Of a DNA stretch of 64,000 nt, positions 1 through 12,300 are shown one piece after another (position 1 is the first letter of the stretch; the number at the start of each line of letters is the position of its first letter). Below the pieces are notes generated by a model. It did no database searches and had not been told where the DNA came from. It worked only from the letters and a program-made list of their open reading frames with translations. The DNA is from Leucoraja erinacea. Its lineage: Eukaryota. A program made the translations under genes and the position numbers. The stretch is from NCBI RefSeq assembly GCF_028641065.1, contig NC_073407.1, positions 21,390,001-21,454,000 on the forward strand, given 5' to 3'.

Positions 1-955
1 AAGCCTTGCAACTGCTTGAAACTATTAACCAGAAACAGCAGTGCATTCATCTCGCTGAATAGGTCTCATTATTCAATCAGATATCATAAATTCAACTCTC
101 CACTCTTTTTTAATCCATATTCTTTACGTAACAAAAATGAATCAATCTTGGCTTAAAACATTTTCAACTGATTTGTACCTTGTGCAACGTTTTGGACTAC
201 TGGGTTCCACAATTTCACTACCTTTTGTGTGAAGGAGTGGGCGCTTCCAGACATCATCCCTGAATAATCCAGTTACATTTCTTTTTTTTTTTTTAATGGA
301 TTCCTCTCATTCTTTACTTTTCTATTACAAAATATTGTTCATATTCATAAATGACATGTAGTTCTTTAAAATAAGATCCCCAAACATAGAATGTAATTAC
401 AGGGTGATGGATTTACATTGAAAGCTTCCATTAAGATAGCATAATGAAAATAAGTCAGGAATTGGATATTAGTTAATATTAAGGAAACATTACCCGCCAA
501 ATTGCTTTTAAGTATTAGTCCAAATCCTTACATAAAAATTTATGGATTCATCACAATTTAGAAGAGGAACGAATTCTAGCTTTCTATGGTTCCAAAGATA
601 ACGAGTAATATTGTGTTCAGCTGTAATAAAAATTGCTGGGAGATATTCAGCGGGCCAGCGGTGACAGCATTGAGCTAATGTTTCACACCAATGATTTTTA
701 ATCTGGTGCTGCTTTGTAATCCTCCTATTTCAGGTATTTTTCATGATCAATTATTTAGTTTCTAGGTTTCACTTGGAGTTTTATTGTTTGTCTGGAACTT
801 CCATTGAAGTCAGCTGCCATGTCAGTGTCAGTCTGGGTGAAAATATTCTACATGCAGACTTTGCTAAAGCAAATGATTCCTATATTGCTCAAGTGGCTTA
901 ATGACTCATCATCAACAATATACTTCCCCGAATCTTTAACCAAGGCTCGGCAAAA

Positions 956-1229
956 GAGGAGCATGGTTGAAGCACAACAGACTTGGTACTGGAGTTGGGC
1001 GTTTCAATGCCAGCATGTGGAGCTGGGGACTCCGCCAGAGCCCAGCCTGTGAATGCGGAGCAGAACAACAGACAGCCAACCATGTCATCTCCAAGTGCCC
1101 GCTCTACCACCCACCAAGTGGAGCTCAGGGCCTGGCAGACATTGACGCAGGGCCAACAACCTGGCTGCTCAACACCCGGCTTGAGATTTAATTATTCCTT
1201 TGGTTTATTTATGTTTCATTCGCAAGAAG
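956..1229 (+). mobile_element. 5'-truncated non-LTR retrotransposon 3' end (Vingi/Ingi- or RTEX-like)
   Basis: ORF 967-1191 RLGTGVGRF...SPACECGAEQQTANHVISKCPLY (C-terminal CCHC-type knuckle of LINE ORF2), tail CATTCGCAAGAAG, flanking direct repeat GGCAAAAG. Confidence 0.65.
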
Positions 1230-1596
1230 TAGGCAAAAGTGTGCTAATCAAACTAAAGAGCGAGCCACACATGGAGATATGATGACCTGGATAAAAATCT
1301 ATCAAACAGGCAGCTATTGGCAAAGCATGTTAAAGGTCAAAGAAATCTAAAAAGGGAAACACCCGGAATATTTCATGGAATTTCTTCCCCAATATAAGAG
1401 CAAATGATATCTATGTGAGATTGGTCCTTATGAGATTGATCAATGCTCATGGAACCGGAATCAGTGTGTGTGTGTGTGGGACTCGTACCCCAGTGAGGGT
1501 TAGTGTGGGTGGGACACATACCAGAGCCCAAGAAGTGAGACAGAACAAAGAAAACCATGCTGACAAAATTGTGCGTTTGAGCTTGTTGGTACGTAC

Positions 1597-2525
1597 AATA
1601 TTTGCTGCTCTCACGTGCATCTCGTAGTGATCCTGCTCACACTGAGTTGCGCGGGAGACCTGTGTCTCATCTTCGACCTGCAAGATAAGATTCAGCTTTT
1701 AGTTCAGAGATTCTGGGAATCCACATCAAGTCTGCAAGAACTGGTGGTTCTAGATAGCTGGCAGCTTGCTACTTCTTAGGTCAATGAATAGTGAAACAAG
1801 GTTCACCCCTCATTCACATCACTGTAAACCAGCAACTCAACCCATCAATGATCCACATGAGGAAACAGCAGAGGTTCACGGCTGATCTGTCCCGCTTACC
1901 CAAATCCCCATCACCCTCAATTCCCTTAATAAATAATCCATCACGACATCTCTGGAGAGAGGCAATGGGTGATGTTTCGGGTCAAGACCCTTCTTCAGAA
2001 GGTCCAGACCCTAAAACATCACCCATTCCTTCTCTCCAGAGATGCTGCCTGTCCCGTTGAGTTACTCCAGCATTTTGTGTCTATCTTTGTTTTAAACCAG
2101 CATCTGCAGTTCTTTCCTACACATTTCTCCTGGGTTGCAATCTCTTCTGTGCTGTTCCCCCACAGCATGGAACCCAACCTGTCAACCAGAAAAATAGAGC
2201 ATGCATAGTGTGCTGTTAAATCCTCAGTCTATGCATGTAGATTTCAGACAACTACTACTGAAAATCTTGCCCACATGCATTTTAGAATCTTGATGCACCA
2301 TTGGGGGCAAAAAGCATCTTAAATTATTCATCTTAAATGAAATGAAGGCTCTTTTGCACAACACCCGTGCACACAATTTGTTCCACATTGATTGCAACGT
2401 ACCCGAGCACTTTTAATGATTTCTGTGAAGTTATCCAGAATAGATTTGATATCGTCTTTCAACCTCTTGTTGTAGGACTGCAGCAGGAGCTCTTTACTTT
2501 GAGGCAGCATCCGTTGCTGCGACAT
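1597..2525 (-). CDS. MED22: Mediator subunit 22 (Surfeit 5), first two coding exons; remaining exons lie left of the window
   Basis: Coding exon 2525-2403 (123 nt, [41 protein letters not shown]; AG acceptor at 2542-2541, GTACGT donor) and exon 1677-1597 (81 nt, [27 protein letters not shown]; CAG/GTACGT). The peptide is recognisably vertebrate MED22. Confidence 0.95.
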
Positions 2526-3060
2526 TCCCCACTTGTTTCCCTGCACGGACAAAAGTCACAATATGCAAGCAGCATGTTATCAAAACATTTTCAACACCTT
2601 CTTTGCTACAGTTGTTGTTCAGTTCAACAGGAGTGGCTTTCCCCTAATGGATACAAAGTCCTGGAGTAACAGGTCAGGCAGCATCTCTGGAGAAAATGGA
2701 TAAGTGACGTGGCGAGGACTCCTTCCTATGGAAAAAAAGGCTCGGAGGTGGAGGAAGAACTCTACATCATGGCGGGCCTGGAACTCCTAGAAGTGGGGGA
2801 AGAGGGGCATATAGGCAAGGCCTCTGTTGAGGACAAACCGTTCTGTATCAGAAAGAGGGAGGTTAGGGAAACACAAGGGCGCGGGCTGGGATTTGAGGGG
2901 TGGAGGGAGACTTGGGTAGGTAGTGTAGGTGGAAGAATGATGGAGGCTGAGAGGGGAGGTGGTTTCTCTGGCATTCCCCTAATGTTTAATTTGGTATCAT
3001 AGTTCCTGTATAGCCCAGATCTGATGACAATAGTGTATTGTTCACAGCAATACTCTAATG

Positions 3061-3407
3061 CAGTGATTCCCAACCTGGGGCCATGGCAAATTTCAGGGGG
3101 GGCCACAGAAAAAATTTGGGATTCAGGGGGCCACAGGTTCAATGAAGGGGGCCACAGAGCTACCACCCAGTTGCCTACTAAATTTCAGTTCTATTAAATT
3201 TAAATCTATGTAGTTGAAATATTTTTGATGTTTGTAGAATAGAATAAAAGAGAATATATGTGCAATTAATAGACACTGATATTTTTATGGAAGATATTAT
3301 AATATTGAAGTACTTTTTTCTGCTAATAATGTCAAGGGGGCGGGGGGGCACAGAAAAATTAAAATAATCCAAGCGGGCCATAAGCTAAAACAGGTTGGGA
3401 ACCACTC
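3061..3407. mobile_element. hAT (Charlie-type) MITE
   Basis: TIRs CAGTGATTCCCAACCTG / CAGGTTGGGAACCACTC; 8-bp TSD CTCTAATG at 3053-3060 and 3408-3415. Confidence 0.85.
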
Positions 3408-5449
3408 CTCTAATGACCTAAAGTTGGAGGGTTTGATGTGATTTCTTCAAAAGGGCAAAGGTTGGGATCCAGTCCTGATGATTGAACATAGACTGCTGAG
3501 GGTTCTTTCACAGCATTAAACTACGGTGGCTTTGCCCAGTCAAGTAGATATTAGACAATCTGACTATACTATTTGACGATAGTTACCTCAACCAGCGTCA
3601 CTATAAACACAAGTTGGTTTTATCACAACGAGGTTTGTGGGAACTTGCTAAAAACAAATGGCTGTCATGTTACCAGATTGGACTTGCCTCAGATGTACTT
3701 AATATCTTATAAAGTGCATTGGGAGTGTATAATATCATGAAAGGTGCTGTACAAGTGCATGTTGCTATTGGAAAGAGGAAAAATAGTTAGGAAACACACA
3801 GAAAGTGAGGGAGGGGTACCAATTGAGGGTTGCGTTATTTTCTAGTGTGTTTAACAATCTCAGAATACTCTAAAGTGCTTTAAAACCCAACAAAATACCT
3901 TTTAAAGTGCTTCAAACAACCCCCCATGGAATAAATGTTACAAGAGTCAGATTGAGGTTCAAGGCAGCAGGGATAATAACTTTCCGCACAATGATGCCAT
4001 GGATTTTTTTATTGGGACGTTGAATATCTGAGCGGAGCGCCATGTTGGTGAAATCAACAGACTGGGTTCACATTTGTGGAAAGAGAAACAGGCTTAACAT
4101 TTAAGATCCCGGACCCTTTGTAGGGGAGCATCAGCAGAAGATTGTGTTTGTGCTTCTACGGGGCCCTGGAGGCCTTAAATATCAAAACAGATCCTTTGCT
4201 CCACCAAGCCCACACTAACATGCATCCACCTATCATCCCATTAATCTATTTTATTATCCCCATATTCCCATTAACTCCCACAAGATTTTACCACTCACCT
4301 ACGAACAATTTACAGTGACCAACAAACCTACCAATCTACGCCTGTGGAATGTGGGGGGTGGGGGGTGGGGAAACAGGAACATTCGGAGAAAACCCACATT
4401 ATCAAGGGGAGAGCGTGCAAACACCACATAGTCTGAAGGTCTTGACCTGAAACGTTACCTGCTCAATCCCTCCATAGATGCTGCCTGACCTGCTGAGTTC
4501 CTACAGCACCATGTGCTTTGCTCAACATTCCATCATCTGCAGTTCCTCGTGTCCCAGTCTTCACCATTCCAAATCAGAGTCAAGAGTTGTACATCACTGA
4601 GCTGTCATTGAGGCAGCCAAGGAGTGCAGAACATCTTCAATTCAGTCTGTGAACGTAGTGCCCATCTTAGACCGGACACCCAACCATTGACTCCATTACA
4701 CTGCCTTGGGAGAACAGCCAACACAATGGAGGGCCTTTCCCATCCCAGCCATTCCTTCTCCCTGCTCCAGTCAGACAGAAGCTTGAAATCACACGCCACC
4801 AGACCCAGGAACGGTCTCAACCCAAAACGTCACAATTCCTTCTATCCAGAGATGCTGCTTGTTAATCCTGAGTTAATCCAGCAGTTTGTGTCTATTTTCA
4901 GGAACAGCTTCTTCCTCTTTGTTACCATACTTTTGAACGGTCCTTCCATAAACTAGGGTTATTCCATTCACCAACCTACATCATTTCGGACATTGGACTT
5001 TTGTCTCTGGAACTGCTGCACTACAATGCTGAGAACAATATTCTGCACTCTGCAGCTTTCTCTTTGCTCTCTTAATCGTGCTTGAGTTTGGGTTGATTGT
5101 ATTTATGTGCAATGTTATCCGATTTGATTGCGCGGCATGCCAAACAAAGCTTTTGACCTTGCCTCTGCACACGCACACACTGAACTTTTATCTCCTGTTC
5201 TGTATTACGTTTACATGATATGTTATGTTGTAGCTCCTTCTTCCCAATAACCCTTTCTGGCTTAAGCCCTCCCTTCACCACCTCCAGTTTAAATTCCATT
5301 TGGAATATTTTGGAGGACCAAGAAGCAAGAATTTCATTGTCCTATCTGGGACACATGACAATTAAAACTCTCTTGACTCTTGTCTCAAATCCATCCCCCA
5401 TTTCGTCCCTCCCACCCGCACAGGTTCAGAAGTGGATCTCTGACCTCCA

Positions 5450-5720
5450 ACGCCGGTTAGGTTCACCCGCCTTTGCCCCTCGTTTACCGCCTGCTCTTCG
5501 GCCCGTCACCTCGGTGGGGAACACCATGCGGCCTTCACCACCCCTCACCCTCAGAACAACTCACCTCAGGCCGCGGCCACGGTGCTCCCCCAACCTCGGT
5601 CCCTGGTCCCTGCTGCCCTACAGCCCGCCTCCTGACAAGGCCGATTGGAGTTGCGGCCCGAACGGATCGCTTTCTCTATGGCGAGCCGAGCTGTCCGTTA
5701 AAAGTGAGCGCCATTTTGGT
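5450..5720 (-). promoter_or_regulatory. CpG island with probable non-coding exon 1 and promoter of MED22
   Basis: GC/CpG-rich stretch. Consensus donor GAG|GTGAGT on the minus strand puts the exon end at 5565. CCAAT box (ATTGG at about 5644) and YY1-like GCCATTTT at 5710. Confidence 0.7.
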
Positions 5721-5960
5721 GAGGTCCTGGTCCTGCTTCTTGATAAGGGAGCGCCATGTTGGTGAGGTCTCGCCTCTTGATAAGGGAGCGCCATGTTGGT
5801 GAGGTCTCGCCTCTTGATAAGGGCGCGCCATGTTGGTGAGGTCTCGCCTCTTGATAAGGGAGCGCCATGTTGGTGAGGTCTCGCCTCTTGATAAGGGAGC
5901 GCCATGTTGGTGAGGTCTTGCCTCTTGATGAGGGCGCGCCATGTTGGTGAGGTCTTGCCA
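5708..5960. repeat. 37-bp minisatellite, about 7 units, each with a YY1-like GCGCCATNTT motif
   Basis: Unit GCGCCATGTTGGTGAGGTCTCGCCTCTTGATAAGGGA; motif starts at 5708, 5751, 5788, 5825, 5862, 5899, 5936. Confidence 0.95.
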
Positions 5961-7061
5961 TCTCCATAGACACAAAATGCTGGAGTAACTCAGCGGGACA
6001 GGTAGCATCAAATGAAGAAAGGTCTCGACCCGAAACATCACCTACATCTTTTCTCCAGAGATGCTGTGTGACCCGCTGAGTTACTTAAAATTCAAGTAGT
6101 AAAATTAAATATGTATCAGAATGGAACAGTGAATAGAATCATGATAATGAATTATATAATGGCATCTTAATATTTGTTGCAGACCATCTAGCTGAGTGAC
6201 AGCTTACCATAAGAAACAAATGAATTTCAAAATTAGGTTGTATTTTATGCTATTTTATTATAATTCTACAAAGTATTGACAGATTTTGTAATTACAAACT
6301 CTATCCATAGACAAGCAGACACGAATGACAAAAAACAGTCGAGACTTACAATCTTCATTTACAATTTGCCTGAAAATTATGGCGATGCAAACTGGCAATC
6401 TTTTTTTTCATTTCAGATAAACTTCTAAAATTCAGTTTAGAACTGAACTGTTCTATCTTAATTTCTTCCTTTTTCAGAGCAATGTCAGACAATATTGAAC
6501 AAGCGAATCTGCTACTCTTCCTGTGAATGAGCTTCTCTAAAGGCTGTCTTTATTTCTGAAGGAACAATTCAATACACTTAGAAAAATACATATCTTTGGC
6601 TTGCATATTTTACTTCATAATTCTTCTTAGACATCGTTGAGGTCTGCTGGCTCCAAAGCTTTGTTCAAACTATTTACAGACGTGCACACATGGACACATC
6701 TCTAATGGACCTGGCAAAGGTGGTGAGTTGTCCAGTGCTGCTGTCTGTGAGATGTAGCTGCTCCACAATGATGAAGTATTGGCAGGATATTTCCAGTAAG
6801 GATACTGCATGACTTGTGGAGGCGAACTACAATTTGGTATTTTCATGCACCTGCTACCCTCATCCTTTCTTGAACCTCTTGCTACTGCAGATTATATAGA
6901 CTACAGGCTTAATGTGTCATCTGCAGTCGTTTAAGCTTATTGGTGGACAATGTCATACTTTGTGGAATTTTCCTCAGATCAGCTGAACTCAAATAAAGAG
7001 GTAATTCCAGGGACCCCAGTGATGATCTCCTTCACCAAAACGTTCTATGCTGGCAACAGTA

Positions 7062-10000
7062 TCAGGATTTAGGTTGATCTCCAGAGCTCAGGTGGCCCTT
7101 AGAAATGTCTCCCTCAGCTGAATCTCCAGGTTTATCACTTTTAACATCTGTCATAATTTCCAGAGAGCCATCACCAATCACTCGATGAACCTTTTCGCCT
7201 CTTGCAGCCAATATTTCTTCAATATTCCTGATGGCATTAGCAAAAGAATAAAATTAAAATGGTGCTTTAACGATCAAAGAAACTTCGAGAGGGGTTAGAA
7301 GGTGAAGGACAATTGAACCACATTAAGTTCAGATATTTAAACGCGATACTCTCATTTTATATTTAACAGTTAACTGAAAACTTGGTTTGCAGAACAGAGT
7401 AAAGTTGCAGTTCAGCTTGAGGAACGACATTGTAGCGTACCAGTTCCAGAGAAAAAGTCCAATGTCCGCAATGAGGAGTTGAGAGAAATAGGGAAGGTTA
7501 TGGCCTTATAAAAGTCTATTTATAGTTGACAATAAGTAGAAATACAGACAAGGTTACTTGAAAACAGTTAATTTTTCATGACAATTTACTAAACATACCC
7601 AGGTGATTTTGTGCAAATCTGGTCATTGCATTTCAATCACTCCTGGCTATTTTTGTTTTACAGTTCATCGCTATCCCATTTAGGAAAAAGAAGTAACAGA
7701 AGAAAACTTTGCAATTGATGGAGAGTGAAGATGCCAATATTGAGCCCCACTAATTTGCTGAAATTGTAAGTAAAATTACACTATTTTAACCAAACAACAT
7801 GGAACTTACTTTTTTCCTTCTAGGTCTGAAAACCATCCCAAATTGTCTGCTATAATATGATGATTGTTGCACCCAGAACACTTTACAATAACCACTCCAT
7901 TGTGATAAGCAAGCTTGGAAATCCTCTTTGCTGATCTTGCATTGCACACCTGAAACAAGATAAAATATCCCTACATTGTTAACAGGAAATGCCCAAGTCA
8001 CCGCTTACATTGTCTTTATGCCTGATTCTATTTTCCATTCTATACTTGACAACAAACCTGTCTTCCCACACACAACCACCCATTCCCCTCATCTTGTGCT
8101 CTTTTCCAAATAAACACTGGATATTGAACACAGGCCATTCAACCTCTAATTGCCCTGTATAAACTCAAAGGTTAAAGAAGAATTTCCCCATATCCCCACA
8201 AATGTCCCCATATTATTAATGTAGATCACAACAGAGTCGTTGTGCGCATTGCAGTGGTGCAGATAGTAGATCTGCTGCCTCACAGCACAACAGCCAAGAT
8301 TCAATCTGACCTACAGCAAAGATCTTTGACCTACAGTGCCTGTATGTATGGAGTTGCATGTTCTCCTGGTGACCACATGGGTTTCCTCTGACTGATCCAG
8401 TTTCCTCCCACATCCACAAAACACAGAGGTTGGTAGAATAATTGTGTGCGCAGATGAGTGGTAGAACCGAGGAAGGGATTCATAGAAAAGATTTGGTTAG
8501 AATTAGTGTATGTTCAATGATATAAACGATGTGCCAAATAGCTTGTTTCCGTGTTGTAACTTTCTATGATAGTCTTCCCTGGCTCTCAAAGTATAGGGTG
8601 ATTTCACTAAAGGTCACTGGAGCGTAGATCCGCACCCACGTGACCAAAATTCTCAAGTGGAGGACACTCGAGGGTTCGGTACATGTTAGTGGATGGGAAA
8701 AAACGCATTTTCCCACCCGTTAAAAACATAGAAAACGGCGAGGTTGTGAGCTGCAATTTACTGTGCCAGTCGGGGTGACCGTGAGGCACAGCTACCTAGA
8801 TTTACAGGAAAAAAAAAGATAGCAAGTAAGGTAAATTCAAGAGGGAACTGAAGGTGCCAAACCGGCGGAAATGAACAGCCGACATTTGCCGTGGATATTT
8901 ACAGGTCCAAAATATCGGGAATTATCGCGTTTGCTCGCTGAATTTCATCAAAAGTAAGGCATTATTAACTTACTTTTGATAAATTCAGCGAGCAAACGCG
9001 ATAATTCCCGATATTTTGGACCTGTAAATATCCACGGCAAATGTCGGCTGTTCATTTCCGCCGGTTTGGCACCTTCAGTTCCCTCTTGAATTTACCTTAC
9101 TTGCTATCTTTTTTTTCCCTGTAAATCTAGGTAGCTGTGCCTCACGGTCACCCCGACTGGCACAGTAAATTGCAGCTCACAACCTCGCCGTTTTCTATGT
9201 TTTTAACGGGTGGGAAAATGCGTTTTTTCCCATCCACTAACATGTACCGAACCCTCGAGTGTCCTCCACTTGAGAATTTTGGTCACGTGGGTGCGGATCT
9301 ACGCTCCAGTGACCTTTAGTGAAATCACCCTATTCCAATTAAACCCAGTAGAGTTGCTGCCTTACAGTGCCAGAGACACAGGTTCATTCACAACCTCAAG
9401 TGGTGTCTGTGTGGAGTTTGCATGTTCTCTCTGCGACCACGTGAGTTTCTTCTGGATGTTCTGGTTTCCTCCCATTTCCCAAGATTTGTGGATTTCTAGC
9501 TTGATCGGCCTCTGTAAAATTTGCCCTAGTGTGTAAGCAGTGGATGCGAGAGTGGGATAACATAACTGTATCTGTGCAGGTGGCAATAATAAACCAATAT
9601 CTGCACATCGTTCCAATTTGGAAGAGCACCATGCGATCACCTGGATAATCCTGTGTAAACTCCACACAGACAGCAACTAAGATCAGGATGAAACCCTCCT
9701 TGCTGAGGCTTTACCGGGTTAATATCTGCTTTCCCCCGCCTGCCAGGTTACTCTCTGGAGACAATAATTTATCCACACTAGTTGCGACTCCCTGGCTACA
9801 GCGGGAGAGTGAACTACCCTCCGGGTTAGTAGCTCACTTTGCAGGTGTAGATCAACTGATAGTGTGTGGCAGAGGCCTGGGTTGCGCCCACGGTGGCCCG
9901 CTGTCCCCGGCCGGTCCGGAGACCTCTGCACTGCACCGCGAACCGCCCGCCTTCGCGACCAGCACCGGCATGGAAAACCGGGCGCGGCCATCCAGAGGCC

Positions 10001-10065
10001 GCCGCCCGCAGCAGCCGAGCGGTCGCTGACCTCCCGAAACGAGCAAACGTGAGGCCCAGGCTCAT
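7062..10065 (-). CDS. DNLZ: DNL-type zinc finger protein (mitochondrial Hsp70 escort protein HEP1/Zim17), 3 exons, 177 aa
   Basis: Exon 1 10065-9838 (228 nt, Arg-rich presequence ending HYQLIYTCK); exon 2 7949-7810 (140 nt, [46 protein letters not shown]); exon 3 7227-7062 (166 nt, [16 protein letters not shown]...QPKS*). All introns GT-AG with consistent phases; CxxC...CxxC and ADNL motif present. Confidence 0.95.
8317..8328. mobile_element. 12-bp hAT TIR-only micro-element
   Basis: CAAAGATCTTTG flanked by 8-bp direct repeat ACCTACAG; termini match the 408-bp element at 59918-60325. Confidence 0.75.
8593..9333. mobile_element. About 740-bp fold-back (palindromic) MITE in DNLZ intron 1
   Basis: Arms ATAGGGTGATTTCACTAAAGG... 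and ...CCTTTAGTGAAATCACCCTAT are near-identical (same 60-aa ORF on both strands, 8607-8789 and 9137-9319); about 10-nt spacer near 8959-8968; TA at both ends. Confidence 0.85.
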
Positions 10066-10165
10066 CTCTTCCACGTAGGCCGCAGCTCGGTTGCTATGGA
10101 AACTCGAGCATGAGTCCCGCTCTGCGTCGCTTCCGGATAATCATCAGTCGAGTCACGTGGCACTG
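10066..10165 (-). promoter_or_regulatory. DNLZ proximal promoter (CpG island edge)
   Basis: RFX X-box GTTGCTATGGAAAC 10090-10103, ETS CTTCCGG 10130-10136 and E-box GTCACGTGG 10152-10160 lie directly upstream of the DNLZ ATG. Confidence 0.7.
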
Positions 10166-10198
10166 ACCAAGGTACAATACCTCTGTTCAAATGCAAAC

Positions 10199-10223
10199 CA
10201 AATATCCTATAGTAGGATCTTTG
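10199..10223. mobile_element. 25-bp hAT TIR-only micro-element
   Basis: CAAATATCCTATAGTAGGATCTTTG flanked by 8-bp TSD ATGCAAAC. Confidence 0.8.
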
Positions 10224-10841
10224 ATGCAAACATCGAGTAGAAAACTGATATCAACATTAACAGCGGGTCAGGCAGCATCTCAAGTTCAAGTGAGTTTATT
10301 GTCATGTGTCCCTGTATAGGACAATGAAATTCTTGCTTTGCTTCAGCATACAGAACATAGTAGGCATTTACTACAAAACAGATTAGTGTGTCCATATACC
10401 ATAATATAAATATATACACACATGAATAAATAAACTGATAAAGTGCAAATAACAGATAATGTGTAATTAATAATCAGAGTTTTGTCCGAGCCAGGTTTAA
10501 TAGCCTGATGGCTGTGGGGAAGTAGCTATTGAAGTAGCTCTGAAGAAGGGTCTCGACGTCACACATTCCTTCTCTCCAGAGATGCTGCCCGACCCGCTGA
10601 GTTATTCCAGCATTTTGTGTCTAGTTGCAATTATTATGTGGTTTCCCTTTGGTTAGAAAATAACCTGTCACTCTGCAAGCCACAGCCCAGCACTAAATGT
10701 CTGAATTAGTCTTGTCCAACACATTAGATAGACACAAAAAGCTGGAGTAACTCAGGAGACAGGCAGCATCTCTAGCGAGAAGGAATGGGTGACGTTTCGG
10801 GTCGAGACCCTTCTTAAAACATTGTCTTGCTCGGTTCCTCC

Positions 10842-10863
10842 GAAAGATGCTATAGGATCTTTG
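10842..10863. mobile_element. 22-bp hAT TIR-only micro-element
   Basis: GAAAGATGCTATAGGATCTTTG flanked by 8-bp TSD GTTCCTCC. Confidence 0.75.
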
Positions 10864-11554
10864 GTTCCTCCTGCTCCTGGGATTGAGAAGCTTATTCTCA
10901 AATAACAAAAGGATGCATCCCTCCAGGAAGCCACGTGAGTGGTAATGGTTAAGAAGGAACTGCAGATGCTGGAATAATTGAAGGTACATAAAAATGCTGA
11001 GGAAACTCAGCGGGTGAGGCAGCATCTAAGGAGCGAAGGAAAAGGCGATGTTTCAGGACGAGACCCTTCTTCTGACTCATGGTGCGCTATGCACAAAAGC
11101 ATTGTGCCAACACTGCCATGTGTAGGGGAAGTAACTATGATAGTGGTTTACATGGAAGATCAACACAATGCTGGATGAACTAATTGGGACACAGCATCTC
11201 TGGAGAAATGAATGGGTGATGTTTTGGGTCGAAACCCTTCTTCAGACAGTCACAGGAGAGGGAGACTACAAATATAGATGGGTATGCTGTGAAAAGGACA
11301 GATCAAAGCAGACTTAGATCAAGGAAATGTAGAAAATTAATCAGGAGGACAGTGAAACTAGTCGGAGAACTAGGGTGGGGGAGGGACAGAGAGAAGGAAA
11401 GCAATGGTTATTTGAAATTAGAGAAATCAATAACCATACCGCAAATATGATGTGTAAAAGCACAATTAACAATGCACAATTCTGTCCTGCTGAGTTACTC
11501 CAGCATTTTGTGTATCTTCTGGTTTAAACCAGCAACTGCAGTTCCTTCCTACTA

Positions 11555-12300
11555 CATTTGCTAGCAGACATGGAACAAAGAGTAGGGATTAACAGGTCCC
11601 TTTCAGAATGGCAGGCAGTCTGGTGGGATGTCGCAATCTCGGTGCTGAGACCGCAGCTATTTACAATATACATTAATGATTTAGATGAAGGAATTAAAAG
11701 TAACATTAGCAAATTTGCAGATGGCACAAAGCTGGGTGGCAATGTGAACTGTGAAGAGGAGGCTATGAGGATGCAGGGTGACTTGGACAAGTAGGGTAAG
11801 TGGGCAGATGCAGTATAATGTGGATACATGTGAGGTTATCCACTTTGGTGGCAAGAACAGGAAGGTAGATTATTATCTGAATGGTGTCAGGTTAGGAAAA
11901 GGGGAAGTACAATGAGACCTGAGTGTCCTTGTACCTCAGTCACTGAAAGTAAGCATGCAGGTAAAGCAGGCCTTCATAACGAGAGGAGTTGAGTATAGGA
12001 GCAGAGGTCCTTCTGCAGTTGTACAGGGCCCTGGTGAGACCATACCGGGAGTATTGTGTGAAATTTTGGTTTTTCACACGGAGAGTTGTGAATTTGTGGT
12101 ATTCTCTGCCTCAGAAGGCTGTGGAGGCTGATTCACTGGATGCATTCAAAAGAGAGTTAGATATGGCTCTTAAAGATAGCGGAGTCAGGGGATCTGGGGA
12201 GAAGGCAGGAACAGGGTACTGATTGGGGATGATCAGCCATGATCACATTGAATGGCAGTGTTGGCTCGAATGGCCTACTCCTGCACCTATTGTCTATCTA
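11555..12300 (+). mobile_element. Degenerate CR1/HER1-type LINE fragment
   Basis: RT motifs LFTIYINDLDEG...ISKFADGTKLGG and the C-terminal LQLYRALVRP...FFTRRVVNLWYSLPQKAVEA. Confidence 0.8.

Noticed and set aside
5751-5767. GCCATGTTG-GTGAGG as a relic of RPL7A exon 1 (CCGCCATG-GTGAG)
   Set aside because: The similarity is too short and is explained by the YY1 motif; no downstream exons.
5708-5960. 37-bp repeats as a CRISPR array
   Set aside because: Units are contiguous with no unique spacers, the context is eukaryotic and no cas genes are present.
8607-9319. Identical 60-aa ORFs on opposite strands as duplicated genes
   Set aside because: They are the two arms of a palindromic element; no ATG start and no recognisable protein.
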